From Salpingoeca rosetta (Eukaryota; Protista; Choanoflagellata): a DNA stretch of 44,499 nucleotides. The stretch spans positions 542,791 through 587,289 of the forward strand of contig JAWQFM010000022.1 in assembly GCA_033442325.1 (NCBI GenBank), in the 5' to 3' direction. A program made the position numbers and the translations under genes. Positions 1 through 12,327 of the stretch are shown here, piece by piece (the stretch's first letter is position 1; the number at the start of each line of letters is the position of its first letter). The notes under the pieces were generated by a model that was given only the letters and a program-made list of their open reading frames with translations, was not told where the DNA came from and did no database searches.

Positions 1-932
1 CCACTTGCAAGCTCCCTATCTTGATTCCGGCTAGGCATCCGAACGTACCTATTCGTGCCACTTTGACTGTGCACAGTTCGGCTCCGAGACCTATTGTCTC
101 TACCATTAGTCGTACGGGCAGTAAAAGACGCCCAGCGCAGACAATTCTACCGCTCACTATTTCATTTTATCAGGTACGTCATCTCGCGGCTAGCTTAGCA
201 GCTGACTTGCCTGCGCCATGCGTTCTGGACTTCAAGCTATTGCATCACTGCAGTCACTGAACGGGCTCGTGAACTTCGTCTAACCGTCGTCATACGACAG
301 GGCATCCAGTCTACTCAACATTGCCATCCCCCAATACTACACCTTCGTCACGCATGCATCACGTTCTCACGCAAGTCATGATGAGAATGCATTCGCGCGC
401 CACGACGTCACCTGTCCACAGTCCGGTCTACACGAGCATGTTGTCGCCAGCTACCACCGGCCGCGACGGCTGCCCTCCTCCTCTTGGTTGTATGTTGGAT
501 CGTCCAACCTGTCTATTTCAGGCCTTTCTTCAACGACTACATACTCGATTGAGTCCAGTTCCAGCCGTGTAGTTTTTTCTGCTTTCTCAGCCTGCGCGTG
601 TGCCAGTCGATTTTCTCCCGCGTGCCCTTTTTCGTCCAGCAGCGCTGGCTTGTTTTAAGCAAGGCTTGCAATGACAACCGTCTGGTATACATTGGTCATC
701 TCGCTTAACCTCACCCCCGATGTACACCCTTCCCCACTTTGCAGGTGGGGGGAGTTTGTAATTGTGTGTGTGTGTGTGTACCTGTGTTGTCAGGAGTGTT
801 TGTGACTAACATGATGGATGACGGCAGTGTTATATAAGGTTGTTTGTGCACGCAACTGCTGCAGTGTTCTGTTGTCGTTGTTGTCGTAAGCATGGTTGGT
901 GCTCACGGACACTGCACACACTTATTCACCAG

Positions 933-2303
933 GGTCTTCTATGTGACTGCAGTGGATGAAAATGGTCAAGAGTTCACGACAAGCCCCGGACCAGGGTTTT
1001 CAGCCGAGGTCATCTTTGTTCGACCCGGTGGGAAACGGTCCTTGCTGAAGAGCCAGTGGTTTGATCTTGGCGATGGCTCGTTCATGTGCCTGTTCTTCTT
1101 CAACGAGATTCCAGACAAGCTGATCATCAAGGTGCTTGCAATCAACCTCAAAGCAAGACATGCACAAGCCACCTTGCACAGTGAATGGACAGTTTGAGCT
1201 TTGCCCCTCCAATGTCATTTATGTAAAGCACACCCACACCACACTCGAAGACTCATAAAACGTACACATCATGCCACTTGCTCTCTCTGGTCACAGGTTT
1301 CTTACCGGGGTCACCCTGTGGCAGACAGCCCGTACACCTTGTCTGGCACGACGATGGAAGTAAGGAGTGTGTGCGTGTGTGCATGTGTTTGTGAAAGTGC
1401 GGACGTTTGTGTGTGTGTCTGTGTGTGTGTGTGTGTCTATGAAAGTGCATACATTTGTGGGCACGTGTGTGAAAGTATGTGCATGTGTGTACGCATCGCA
1501 TACTCATTTCCAGGCACGCAACCCACACAAACACCCACTGGTCCTCGCTTCCCGCTGACAACACACACACACACACACACATGATCACGCACATAAACAT
1601 GTACACGCCCTGCCACGTAGGCCTGCGATTGCCCGCATGCAAGCATGGATGACTTTGAGTACAACTACGGCTGTGATGTGTCGGATCCCGCCAACCAGAT
1701 TGAAGCTGATCTTGCGCCGTTTGCTGGCGGTATCTCCAAAGAGCTCATCGATGAAACGTGCGCACATTAACATGCTTGTGCTGACATTGATTGCGTTTCT
1801 GTGTGTGCGTGTGCGTGTGTTTGTCTGTCTGTGCGAGTGTGTGTGTCTGTGCGCTGCATGATAATGTACGATTTGGTGATCCTAACGCCAATCATTATGC
1901 CTCTGGCTTCAAACTTGCTTCTTGTTGCTGGTTAGGATGAAGATGCTTGATCGCAACGAGTCTTGTTATGTGCACTACGTCATTCGAAACGGGCGCATCT
2001 TTGGGCAAGGACATGGCCCCATGCAAGGTTTCAAAAGCATGATGGACGACATGCTGCTGTCACTGGCATCAAAGGTCAGTCACACCACATCTCACTGCGA
2101 CTTGCGCCCACGAACGTGCTTCACCATGAATGATTGTGCCTGATTTATGGAGTCAAGTCAAGTCAAGTCAAGTCATCCTTGCGTGATGTGCACAACAGAC
2201 ACCGCTGCCAGATGTGGAGTTTGTGCTAAATCTTGGCGACTGGCCACTCGCCTTTCACGCCAGCGCACACGGAGAGAAGGTCGCGTCTGTGGTGTGTGCG
2301 TGC

Positions 2304-2346
<43 letters not shown>

Positions 2347-3516
2347 CGTGTGTTTGTGTGTCTGTGCGTGTGCGCGCGTGAAGTTTGTTCTTGTTGTGCC
2401 TTCACGCTCGCTCTTGTGCACGAGATTTGCAGCTTAAACAAGTGCATGTTTGGCGAATCTCACATGGCAGTGCACGTACGCCACATCCACCACCGCCACT
2501 GCCATCATGGCATGATGTGCTCAGATGAGGCCGTATCCTGTGTTCTCCTGGTGCTCAAGCACAAACCATTCTGACATCGTCCTCCCCACTTACAAGATGA
2601 CAACTGCCACCATCTTTGGAAAGAACATGGAACAGGTTCGCACGTGTACGATTTGAGGGGTGTGGTGGGTGTGTTGGGTATGATATGTGCGTGTGTGGTG
2701 TGTGTATGTGTTTGCTTTGGGTATCCACGTGTAAGTGAGCTGTTACAAGCATTGGGTTCTTGACATCGTTATTAGTCTTGCTTTGACGTGTGCGTGTGTG
2801 TGTGTGCGTGTGCGCTCTCACACACTCTCTCTCTATCTCTCTGCCTCTGTGTGTGTATGCGTGTATGTGCGTATCAGATTCAAGTGGTGGATGGCAAGGC
2901 GGGCAAGTTCGCTGATTGGCAATCAAAGCGCGGCGTTGCTTTCTTCCGTGGCCGCCCTTCCAACCAGGCCCGTGTGGACGCAATGCTCATGAGCAAAGAG
3001 CGGCCCGATCTCGTTGACGCGCGCATCACCAAGAACCAGTTCAACTACTTTCCAAACGAGGAGGTGTGTGTGTGTGTGTGTGTGCGCGTGCGTGTGTGTG
3101 TGTGTGTGTGCGTGTGTGTGTGTGTGCGCGCGCGCGTGCGCGCGGTGATGGTGGTGGACAGTTGAGGTGGTTGCTTTGTTTCGTTGTCCCGCCGGTGGCA
3201 TGTCTACGCATTGTGCGTGTGTGTGTGTGTGTGTGTGTACGACATGTTCAAGTCAGTGATGCTCACAACCATGTGTTTCGCGTCTGTTCTGCTGTGTCTT
3301 TGAGCGGCGATGGCAGGCGAGGCGTGAGCACCGGGCGTTTGAGGCGAAATACGGCAAGAAGGCTGAATTGCAGCCCATAGACACCTTCTTTCGCAACAAG
3401 TACTTGCTGAACATTGACGGCACTGTCGCTGCTTATCGCCTGGCCACCACCCTCGCTGGCACCAGCACGCTCTTCAAGCAGGTATGTGCTGTGCTGCGAC
3501 TACGCTACGTGTGCAT

Positions 3517-3562
<46 letters not shown>

Positions 3563-4413
3563 CTCATCTCATCCGGCATGGTCACACATACGCACACACA
3601 CACACACACTGGCGCACTGCAGGAATCTGACTATTATGAGCATTTTTACAATGCACTTGAGCCGTGGGTGCACTATGTGCCTGTTGAGAGAAACCTCTCT
3701 GATCTGTTCGACCGCGTCGAATACGCCCAGCAGCACGATGACGAGGTGCACAGGGACACACGAGACTGTGCTGACTCACACACACACACACACACATACA
3801 CACACATACACGCACACACACACACACACACATACACGCACATCACATCACATGGACTGTGTCACCCCCCTCCACTTGCAAACACCATCCGGTTTTCAAC
3901 GCTGCGCGTGTTTCCCCTGGGCCTGACTGTTTCTTGGCGCCAGATGCAAGCCATTGCGCGGGCAGGCCGCGAGTTCACGCGCAAGCACCTCCGCATGCCC
4001 GACATCTACTGCTACCACCTCCGCGCCCTCCGCAAATACAGCCGCTTGCTCACTTTCACGCCCCAGGTGATGAGTGCACGCGCGTACATGCGTGCGTGCG
4101 TGTGTGTATGTGTGTGTGTGCGTGTGTGTGTGTGTGTGCGCGCGCTTTGTGTGTTGTCCAAGTCCACTTGCGTGCGCTCTGTGCTCACAATACATTGTCG
4201 TTTTGCGATTACCCAGGTGCCGCCTGGCATGGAGGAAATTGTTTCCGACAAAGCGAGGAAGCAATGTCCATGCCCAACATTTCCGGGAAAGCCGCGATGG
4301 TGGTGCGTGAACCCCTCACCTTGGCATGCTTAGCTTCATGTTGTCTGTGTCTGTAGATGTGACAGATATTGCCTGTCTCCTCGTCTTCAGCCTTTGCCAA
4401 GGAACACCGCCTT

Positions 4414-4499
<86 letters not shown>

Positions 4500-4767
4500 G
4501 CACGTCGTTGTGCTCGCTCACGTCTTCTGCATCATTGGATTGCGTGATGCCTGTGATGCAATCCCCCCCCACCAATCTCTCTCCCTCTCGATTTTGCCCA
4601 TGCACAGGAGCTCGGACTTGGTCTTGGGAACAGGGGTGGCTGGTGCCCTTGTTGCTGCCATGGCAACAGTGTATGCCAGAAGGAAGCAAGGCGGTGCCAA
4701 GGGCGGTAGGCGGCGCACACATGCACAGGGCCGCGGAAAGAAGCAGAAGACCCCCAAGCGCAAGTAA
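933..4767 (+). CDS. KDELC/POGLUT2-3-like glycosyltransferase (filamin-like domain + GT90/CAP10), multi-exon, 5' end unresolved
   Basis: GT-AG exons with compatible phases: 933-1131, 1297-1359, 1621-1757, 1936-2074, 2199-2279, 2525-2635, 2878-3063, 3317-3481, 3623-3745, 3944-4066, 4217-4302, 4608-4767. Motifs matching KDELC1/2: RVFYVTAVDENGQEFTTSPG, HPVADSPYTL, CDCP, LPDVEFVLNLGDWPL, PVFSWC..DIVLPTY, FFRGRPS, KYLLNIDGTVAAYRL, YYEHFYNALEPWVHYVPV. An in-frame ATG lies at 892, but no signal peptide is visible. Confidence 0.85.
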
Positions 4768-5756
4768 TAACGAACATCCATCCATCTAGCCGTATACCTT
4801 CCATGACAACGCCAACACCAAGACAACCAATTGGCATGCTTGCATCACTACCACGAACAGAACCCACGCAACCTACACGCGACAGCTTCCCATCTACCAC
4901 GGTTACTCTCTTCCCTTGTTCTCTTCCCTTGCTCTCCTTGCTCGCTCACGTATTGCTGGTGTGTTTGGGGCTTCATGAAAAGCGGTGGTACCCCAGTGGT
5001 ATTCAAACCTACCTTTCAATGTGTTGTTGTGTGTGATCTCTGACAAGAACATTGCACCACATCCCGTTCCGCTCGCGCTTGCTTGCCACCAACGGAAAGT
5101 GAACCTGACAAGCTGCAGCTTGTCAATATGTGCATTTCTGTTGTCATTTCAACGCATACTCTGGCTGGCACAAAGTCAACTTTGTGAGCCACCTGCGACG
5201 AAAGTTGCTTTACTGTGTTGGTCGACCCAACCTCGCACACCCCAACTTGCACTGAAGGCGAACCTGCCCCAAACATTTTGCAATTCGCGGTTTTGCACTG
5301 TCACTGACCAACCAAAACATGAACAACATACAACAGCAACATACAACAACAGTGTGGAGTTGGGTGAGATGGACGCACTGTGTTTCGTCGACCTGCACCA
5401 GCTGCTTGATGCTGGTGGATGCGGATGTGGATGTCGTTGTCGCGGCTGCTTCATTCATCCACCGAGCCAACCACCTTAAACACTCGGGCGACGATTGGCT
5501 TCAAGCACGCGAACAGGCGAGCGTCCAACACAACAAGACAACGACGCGCACATCCATACCAAGAAGAGCCACCAAACACATCCTCACATCTGAGCGAAGA
5601 CAAGTGAATACACGCACTATCAACAACGCCTCAGGCTTCTTCCTATCAGCGGTCCAGCCAAACGAGGACCTCGGAAGCGTGCACACTACGATTCAAGGAG
5701 ACAATCCCGAAGAAGTCACAGAGCATCATTGAGGCTTTGGACTCGACCACCTCAAG

Positions 5757-5984
5757 ATGAGAAGGGCTCAACCCACCAACACAGCGGCAGCGACGCTGAT
5801 GTTGTCGTTGCTCACGTTCATTGCAATGTTCTCGACCACTTCCTGCGCCACGCCAGCCACGACGTACCGTGTTGGCTGCACAGTGACTCCCATCAACCCA
5901 TGTGCGTGCGTGCGTGCGTGTGTGTGTGTGTGTGTGTGTACGTGTGTGTGTGTACGTGTGTGTGTGTGTGTGCGTGTGTGTGTA

Positions 5985-6067
<83 letters not shown>

Positions 6068-6813
6068 AATGGAATTGGTCACCCCTCAAATACCGAAGCT
6101 AATCATTCTGTTTTGACCCTCCTACTTCAATGGTTGCCACTACCTTCCTGTTCATAGGGCTGTGCAATGCCTTGGAGGACATCTTTGAGCGGTACGCACC
6201 ATGGGACGTCACGTTCCAGTACATGACGGAAGTGGACATCCTCGACAATGCCGCCAGCCTGGACTTTGCCCTTGTCGACCCAAAGACCGTCTCCTGCCTT
6301 GACGTGGAGCACGCTGTTGCTCCGTTGGCCACCCTGGGTCTTCCAAACATCTTCGGTACGTACGTCACAAGGCGTGTGTTTTGTGTGTGTGTGTGTTGTG
6401 TGTGTGTGTGTGTTCTTTGTGTGTGTGTGTGTGTATGTGCATGTGTTCTTTGTGTATTTGTGTGTGTGTGTGTGCTGTGCATGCATGTGCTTCGCCCAGC
6501 GAGCCTACCGCTACAACATGTGCCTTGCTTCCTCGTCCCACCATGTTCGCCAACCATTATTGACTCGCTTGGTCGTTTTCACAATGTTGTGCACGCAGTG
6601 GAGACGCGCAAGGACCACAACGACTACCTGTACCAGACTGGTGGCGTCATCTTTGCGCTGGCCAGCTCCGAGCTGAGGGTGCTCACAGATGTGAAGGACA
6701 AGATTGTCGCTGCCACCACGACCACGGACTTTGCAAGCACACTGGCCCCTTTTGCAGAGTACAAAACCGAGACGGGCAACGAGCTTGTCATGGACGCAGC
6801 AATGGTACGATTG

Positions 6814-6846
<33 letters not shown>

Positions 6847-6929
6847 TGTGAGTGAGTGGGTGTGCGTCTGCGTCGATGTGTGCGTGTGTGTGTGTATGTG
6901 CGTGTGTCTGCGTGTTTGTGTCTGCGTTG

Positions 6930-6963
<34 letters not shown>

Positions 6964-7830
6964 TGAACAAGGTGTGGTTGTACATTGTGGTCAAGCATAT
7001 CATCACTTCTTGCACCATCCCTTGCGTCACCCAACCTGTCCAAGCAGCTGGGTGTCCACACACACATATGCTCACACACATATATGCTCACGCACACATT
7101 GCATTGTGTGTGCGGCCTTTTCACAGGTGCAGTATCTGGGGTCGCCACAGCGCGTGCTTGAAGCGGTGCTTGCTGGTGTTGCACACGTGGGCATGGTGCA
7201 GACGGGGTTCCTTGAGCGTGCAGTGGCACGTGGGGACCTGGCTTGGGCGCAAGTCAGTGTGCTGTCACAGAACCTCGTGGTTGAGGATGACCTTCGCTTC
7301 CCGTATGTCAGCTCAACGCTCGTGTATCCAGACTGGTCACTGATCGCCTTTGACTCTGCAGATGCTGATGTAAGGGCACATGCATTTGCCGTGCGTGTGT
7401 GTGCATGTGTGTGTGTGTGCATATGTGGGTGCTTGAACTTGCGCTTGTACTTGTACTTGTACTTGCGGGTGCTTGTACTTGTACTTGTGTGTGTGTGCAT
7501 TTGTGTTGTTGTGCCCAAAGTCACGTGCAATCCAGCTTCGCAGCACCACGGACATCGTTAATTCGCCAATGCCTCAGCCCAATCAATCACACACCGTGTA
7601 CACATATCGATATACTCACGTGTAACCATGTCCTTTCAACATCCTGCACCCTCATTCACTAGGACCGAGAAACCATGATGAACTTTGTGTTTAGCACCAA
7701 CACCACACTGGACATCCACTTCACCACATCCCGCAGCTACGCCACCGTGGGCGACATCTTGGTGCGTACATTCGGTCGTGGTTGTGCACACACGCGCGCA
7801 CACAGCACGCTTGTATGCACAAACACACAC

Positions 7831-7910
<80 letters not shown>

Positions 7911-10900
7911 GCGCATGAATGTAACATGTTGCGCGCCTGTCGAGCAGCACACCCAATGCGTTGCTGCTGTTGACAAGCCTTCACCTCATCGCTGTGCCCC
8001 TTTTTGTGCCGTTCACGCACACACGCGCACGCACACTCACACTCACTCTGCCTCTCTCTCTCTCTCTCTGTACCTGTTTGCGTCTCTCCTTGTCTTTGCT
8101 TTGTTTACCAACTGTAGGAAACATACGGGGTGATTGTGCGCGACCTTGATCAGCCGCTGCTGGCACAGTGCCCACGATCGGCATCCCACTTTGTACACCA
8201 TGGTGACAGCACGGTTTCCGCAACTCCTGATCACGTTCGCCTCAGTGTTAACCGCACAGGCCTCACGGACGAGGAGATAGAGAAACAGCTTGAAACGATT
8301 ATCAACTGCCCATCTGACACCTATCCATTACATTACCTCATTATCTTCGAGCTGTGCGATGGAATGGACTGCCCCGAGCATTCCCTATGCATCTGTCGTC
8401 CCTGTCAACACGCAACACCAGTTCAAGTACGAGCGTTTGCACAAGTGCTATGCGTGTTCTCATGCATGTTGGTGTATTTGGCCATGAGCGTACAAGACGT
8501 GTCTACAATTGAAAAGCAAGGTATCCATCAAGCGTTTTCGATGACTAACATGAAACTCCCTGTATCCTCACTGCCACCACCACGACTACCGCCATCGTCA
8601 TGATAATCAGATCCACCACACAGAGGAGTTCTTCACGCAGCACACGCTGGAGACGAACCACGCGCTCCTGGCCGACATTCTCGGTGTCTCATGTGGGCGT
8701 ATGCGCACTTGCAGCCAGGACCAGCAACCAAACACACAGTACTTTCTGGTTGAAGATCACCTCTACGACGTGCGCGATAACCAGGATACGGTGTTCTTTC
8801 ACGTGAACGTCAAGTCCTTGGAAGGTGACGGCTTTTCGTTTTCCACAGAAGGGGTGCCTGTGCCTGGCCACCCGTACCTTGCCACCGTCAACATTTCTGG
8901 CCTCCACTTTGGAACGCTCACAGTTGAGGTGCGCACACATTTCGTTTGAGAATCGTGCGTGTTTGTTTTTGTGTGTGTGTGTGTGTGCGTGTGTGTGTAT
9001 GTGTGTGTATGTGTGTGTGTGTGTGTGCGTGCGTGCATGTGTGTGTGTGTGCGTGTGCGTGCGTGTGCGTGCGTGCGTGTGTGTGTGTGTGAGGGTATGC
9101 TCTTGTGTGCCGCTGTGAGAACCATAACGTTTCTCTTGTTTGTGACACTGGCTCATGCAATGCACATGCCGCTGCTCTCTCCCACACCCTCCCTCACCCC
9201 CCATACACACATATCAGGTGTTTCTCGCAGACCGCCTGACATCTGAGGAGGAGTGGGAGCCGATTACCGCCAGCCCCTTCCTTGTGGATGTGCTGCCACG
9301 TGACTGTCCCAAAGGCGAGGTCCCAACCCAAGACAATATGTGCGTGTGTCCTGCCGGCGCACTTCGCATTGGTGGCAAGTGCATGGACCCAGCAGAGTCG
9401 ACACCTCTCTTCGTCGCACTGACGGTGTTCGTCATCGGTGTTATCGGGTACATCGTGTTTATCGTTATGCGCAAGCGTGCGGATGCGCTGTGGCAGATCG
9501 ACAGCGAGGACATTGTTGTGAGCGATCCTCCAGAGGTGCTGGGGATGGGCGCATTTGGTGTAGTGATCAAGGGGGAGCTGAACGGCACCGGCATCGCCAT
9601 CAAGCGTGTCATGCCCAAACCACCGTCTCGATCAAAGGCGGACAAGGCGACAACATCCCAGACACGTTCCACCAAAAGCTCTCCGCGGAGCGTTTCAAGA
9701 GCTGGCGATCGCTTTATGCTGAGCACAACCAATTTCGAACAGCGGGCCGCCAGTCGTGGTGACACTCTCGTGAGCGCCATGAGCACGCACAACAGCACCA
9801 TGAACACGGCTACCAAGAGCAAACGTGGACGATCCCTGCAGGCAGCGAGGTAACTCCGAGTGGACACATGTTCCTGTTATTTCATGAAGACGCGTCCCTT
9901 GATCTCGCACACGCACACACTCTCACCCCTAGCAAACGCACGGATCACGACACCAACGTAACAGGGCCGAGTTCCTTGCGGAAATGAGGCTGTTATCGCG
10001 CCTGCGCCATCCGTGCGTCGCCACCATGCTCGGTGCAACTCTGACGAAGTCAGGCGAAGTGCTCCTCGTCATGGAGTACCTCGAGCACGGGTAGGTGTCT
10101 GCGTGTACATAAATATACATAGATGTGTGTGCGTGTGTGTGTGTGTGTGTCGCATGCTGCTTGAGAATGCGTGCAAGCAACCTGGCAGAGCCCTTCTCAT
10201 CGCTCACAAAACGCTGTCACCATCTGTAACTGCTCAAACGCTGCACAATACAACAACAGTTCGCTGTACGACTTTTTGCGCAACGACAAGCTGCCGACGC
10301 CAGACATGTTCCTGCTGCCCATTGTCAAGGACATTGTGTCTGGCATGCGCTACATCCACAACCTCAAGCCGCCGGTTGTGCACGGCGACCTGAAGGCAAA
10401 GAACGTGCTTGTGGATGGCAACTTCAAGGCCAAGATTGCCGACTTTGGGCTCTCACAGAAGCGTCGCTTTGGCTGTGGCACACCATACTGGATGGCGCCA
10501 GGTGTGTGTGTGTGTGTGTGTGGTGTATGCGTGTGTGCATATGTGCATGTACATGCGTGTTTGCACGTGTGTGTGTATGTGTGTGTGTGTGTGTGTGTGT
10601 GTTGCACAGCTGCGTCCTTTCCCCTACCTCAACACATACATAACCTTCCAACCACTGCCACTCACAATCACTGCCACTCACAACCACCACCACCACAACC
10701 ACCCATTGCCACCAATCATTCAAATCATGCAGAGGTGCTGCGCGGAGGAGAGGTGACGCGGGAGGCGGACGTGTACAGCTTCGCCATCACCGTGTACGAG
10801 ATCTACAGCCGACAGGACCCGTTCCCAGAGGAGAACGTGGCGGAGGTGCTGCAGCAGATTGCCGCACGCCAGGTGCCGGCAAAGCGACCCGACATCCCAG

Positions 10901-12327
10901 ACTCGTGCCCCGTCATGCTGGCTGAGCTTGCGCGGCGGTGCTGGTCCGAGGAGCCCAAGTTCCGGCCAACGTTCGACCAGGTGGACGCGCAGCTGGGCGA
11001 GCTCAACATCAGCAAGGTGGGCGCAAGCCTCATCCAGCAGAAGCAGGACGCGCTGAAGAAGGCCACGGTGCTCAACGACGTGTTCCCGCCACACATTGCC
11101 AAGATGCTGGAGGAGGGCAAGAAGGTGCACCCGGAGCACAAGGACGACGTGACCATCTTCTTCTCCGACATTGTGGGCTTCACCAACATCAGCGCGCAGC
11201 TGACGCCGGCGGCGGTGTCGGACATGCTGGACCGACTGTACTCTGCCTTTGACGAGCTGACGGAGAAGCACGGCGTGTTCAAGGTGGAGACCATTGGCGA
11301 CGCGTACATGGCGGCAACAAACCTTGTTGAGCCGCAGCACGACCACGCGCTCCGCATTGCGCAGTTTGCGGAGGACGCCATCAAGGCGGCGCAGTCGACG
11401 TTCATTGACATGGAGCGGCCGGAGCTCGGGTGCGTGAACATCCGCGTTGGGTTCCACTGCGGCCCTGTTGTGGCCAACGTTGTTGGGCGGCGCAACCCGC
11501 GGTACTGCCTGTTTGGGGACACGGTGAACACGGCGTCGCGCATGGAGAGCTCGAGCGAGCGCAACAAGATCCACGTGTCGACGTCTGCGGGGGACCGCGT
11601 GCGGAGCCAGGCGCCATGGGTGAAGCTTGAGTCGCGCGGGGTGCAGAACATCAAGGGCAAGGGCGAGATGCTGACATACTGGCTGGTGAGCACGAAGCGG
11701 GAGAAGAAGAAGGAGGGCGGGCAGCGGGTGATGATTGCCTCCGAAGAGGCAGAGGTCATCGAGATGCCGAACGAGGACACCAGCGACAACGAGAACGGTG
11801 GCGCCGAGGATGAGGGTGATGCAAGCTCGAAAGCGAGTGAGACTTTGCACAACAGCACGGCGGACCATGCTGCTGACACCACCTCCAATGTAGTCAGTGC
11901 TAGCCAAGGTGCTTCTGTCGTGCCTGCGCGTGTGTCGGCGTCGGCCCAGCACCGCTCAATACGCTTGAGTGACTCAGGCTTGCCGCCTTCCCACCGTGAG
12001 TCCTCAGACAAAGGTTCTTCCTCCTCTTTCGATGGTGACAGTGTTCGTCTGTACGACGCTCACGCTCGCGACAGCATCTCCGTCATGCATGGTGACGTCA
12101 GCGGACCTGGGGTGTCCTCGGATGCGAAGCACGCGCGGATTTCTCATGTCTCGTTGAGTGAGTGTACATGGCTTCATGCAGACCCAGCAGACAAGTCTGC
12201 GCCACAGGCCCACAACCGACCATCTTCACCTCGTTGTCTTGAGTCCAAGCAAGCCGTTTCACAACAAGAAGACGGCCGTGCGCCTTCCACTGTGTTGCGT
12301 GACAATGGCCCAGAAAGCGTTGTTTGA
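5757..12327 (+). CDS. Receptor kinase-guanylate cyclase, copy 1 (signal peptide, periplasmic-binding-protein-like sensor, Cys-rich/Ig-like stalk, TM, protein kinase, class III guanylate cyclase)
   Basis: Exons 5757-5901, 6158-6355, 6599-6804, 7127-7369, 7663-7761, 8118-8426, 8611-8928, 9218-9849, 9965-10090, 10260-10501, 10733-12327 splice in frame. Kinase motifs: [30 protein letters not shown]. Cyclase motifs: [37 protein letters not shown] (the Glu/Cys pair specifies GTP). TM segment [20 protein letters not shown]. Confidence 0.88.

Noticed and set aside
4369-4767. Stand-alone 132-aa ORF
   Set aside because: The 5' part is a CA repeat; the 3' part is better explained as the last exon of the GT90 gene.
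4800-5750. Intergenic ORFs upstream of receptor copy 1 (and 12346-13250 upstream of copy 2), checked for displaced SMC5 exons or RNA genes
   Set aside because: No recognisable protein motifs, tRNA cloverleaf or rRNA similarity seen by eye.
10502-10732. Apparent Cys-Val-rich insert inside the kinase domain in the 718-aa ORF
   Set aside because: It is a 231-bp GT-AG intron without an in-frame stop; removing it restores the APE motif.
10720-12011. Long antisense ORFs (410 and 402 aa; likewise 18081-19474) opposite the cyclase exon
   Set aside because: Shadow ORFs caused by high GC3 codon bias; no recognisable motifs.
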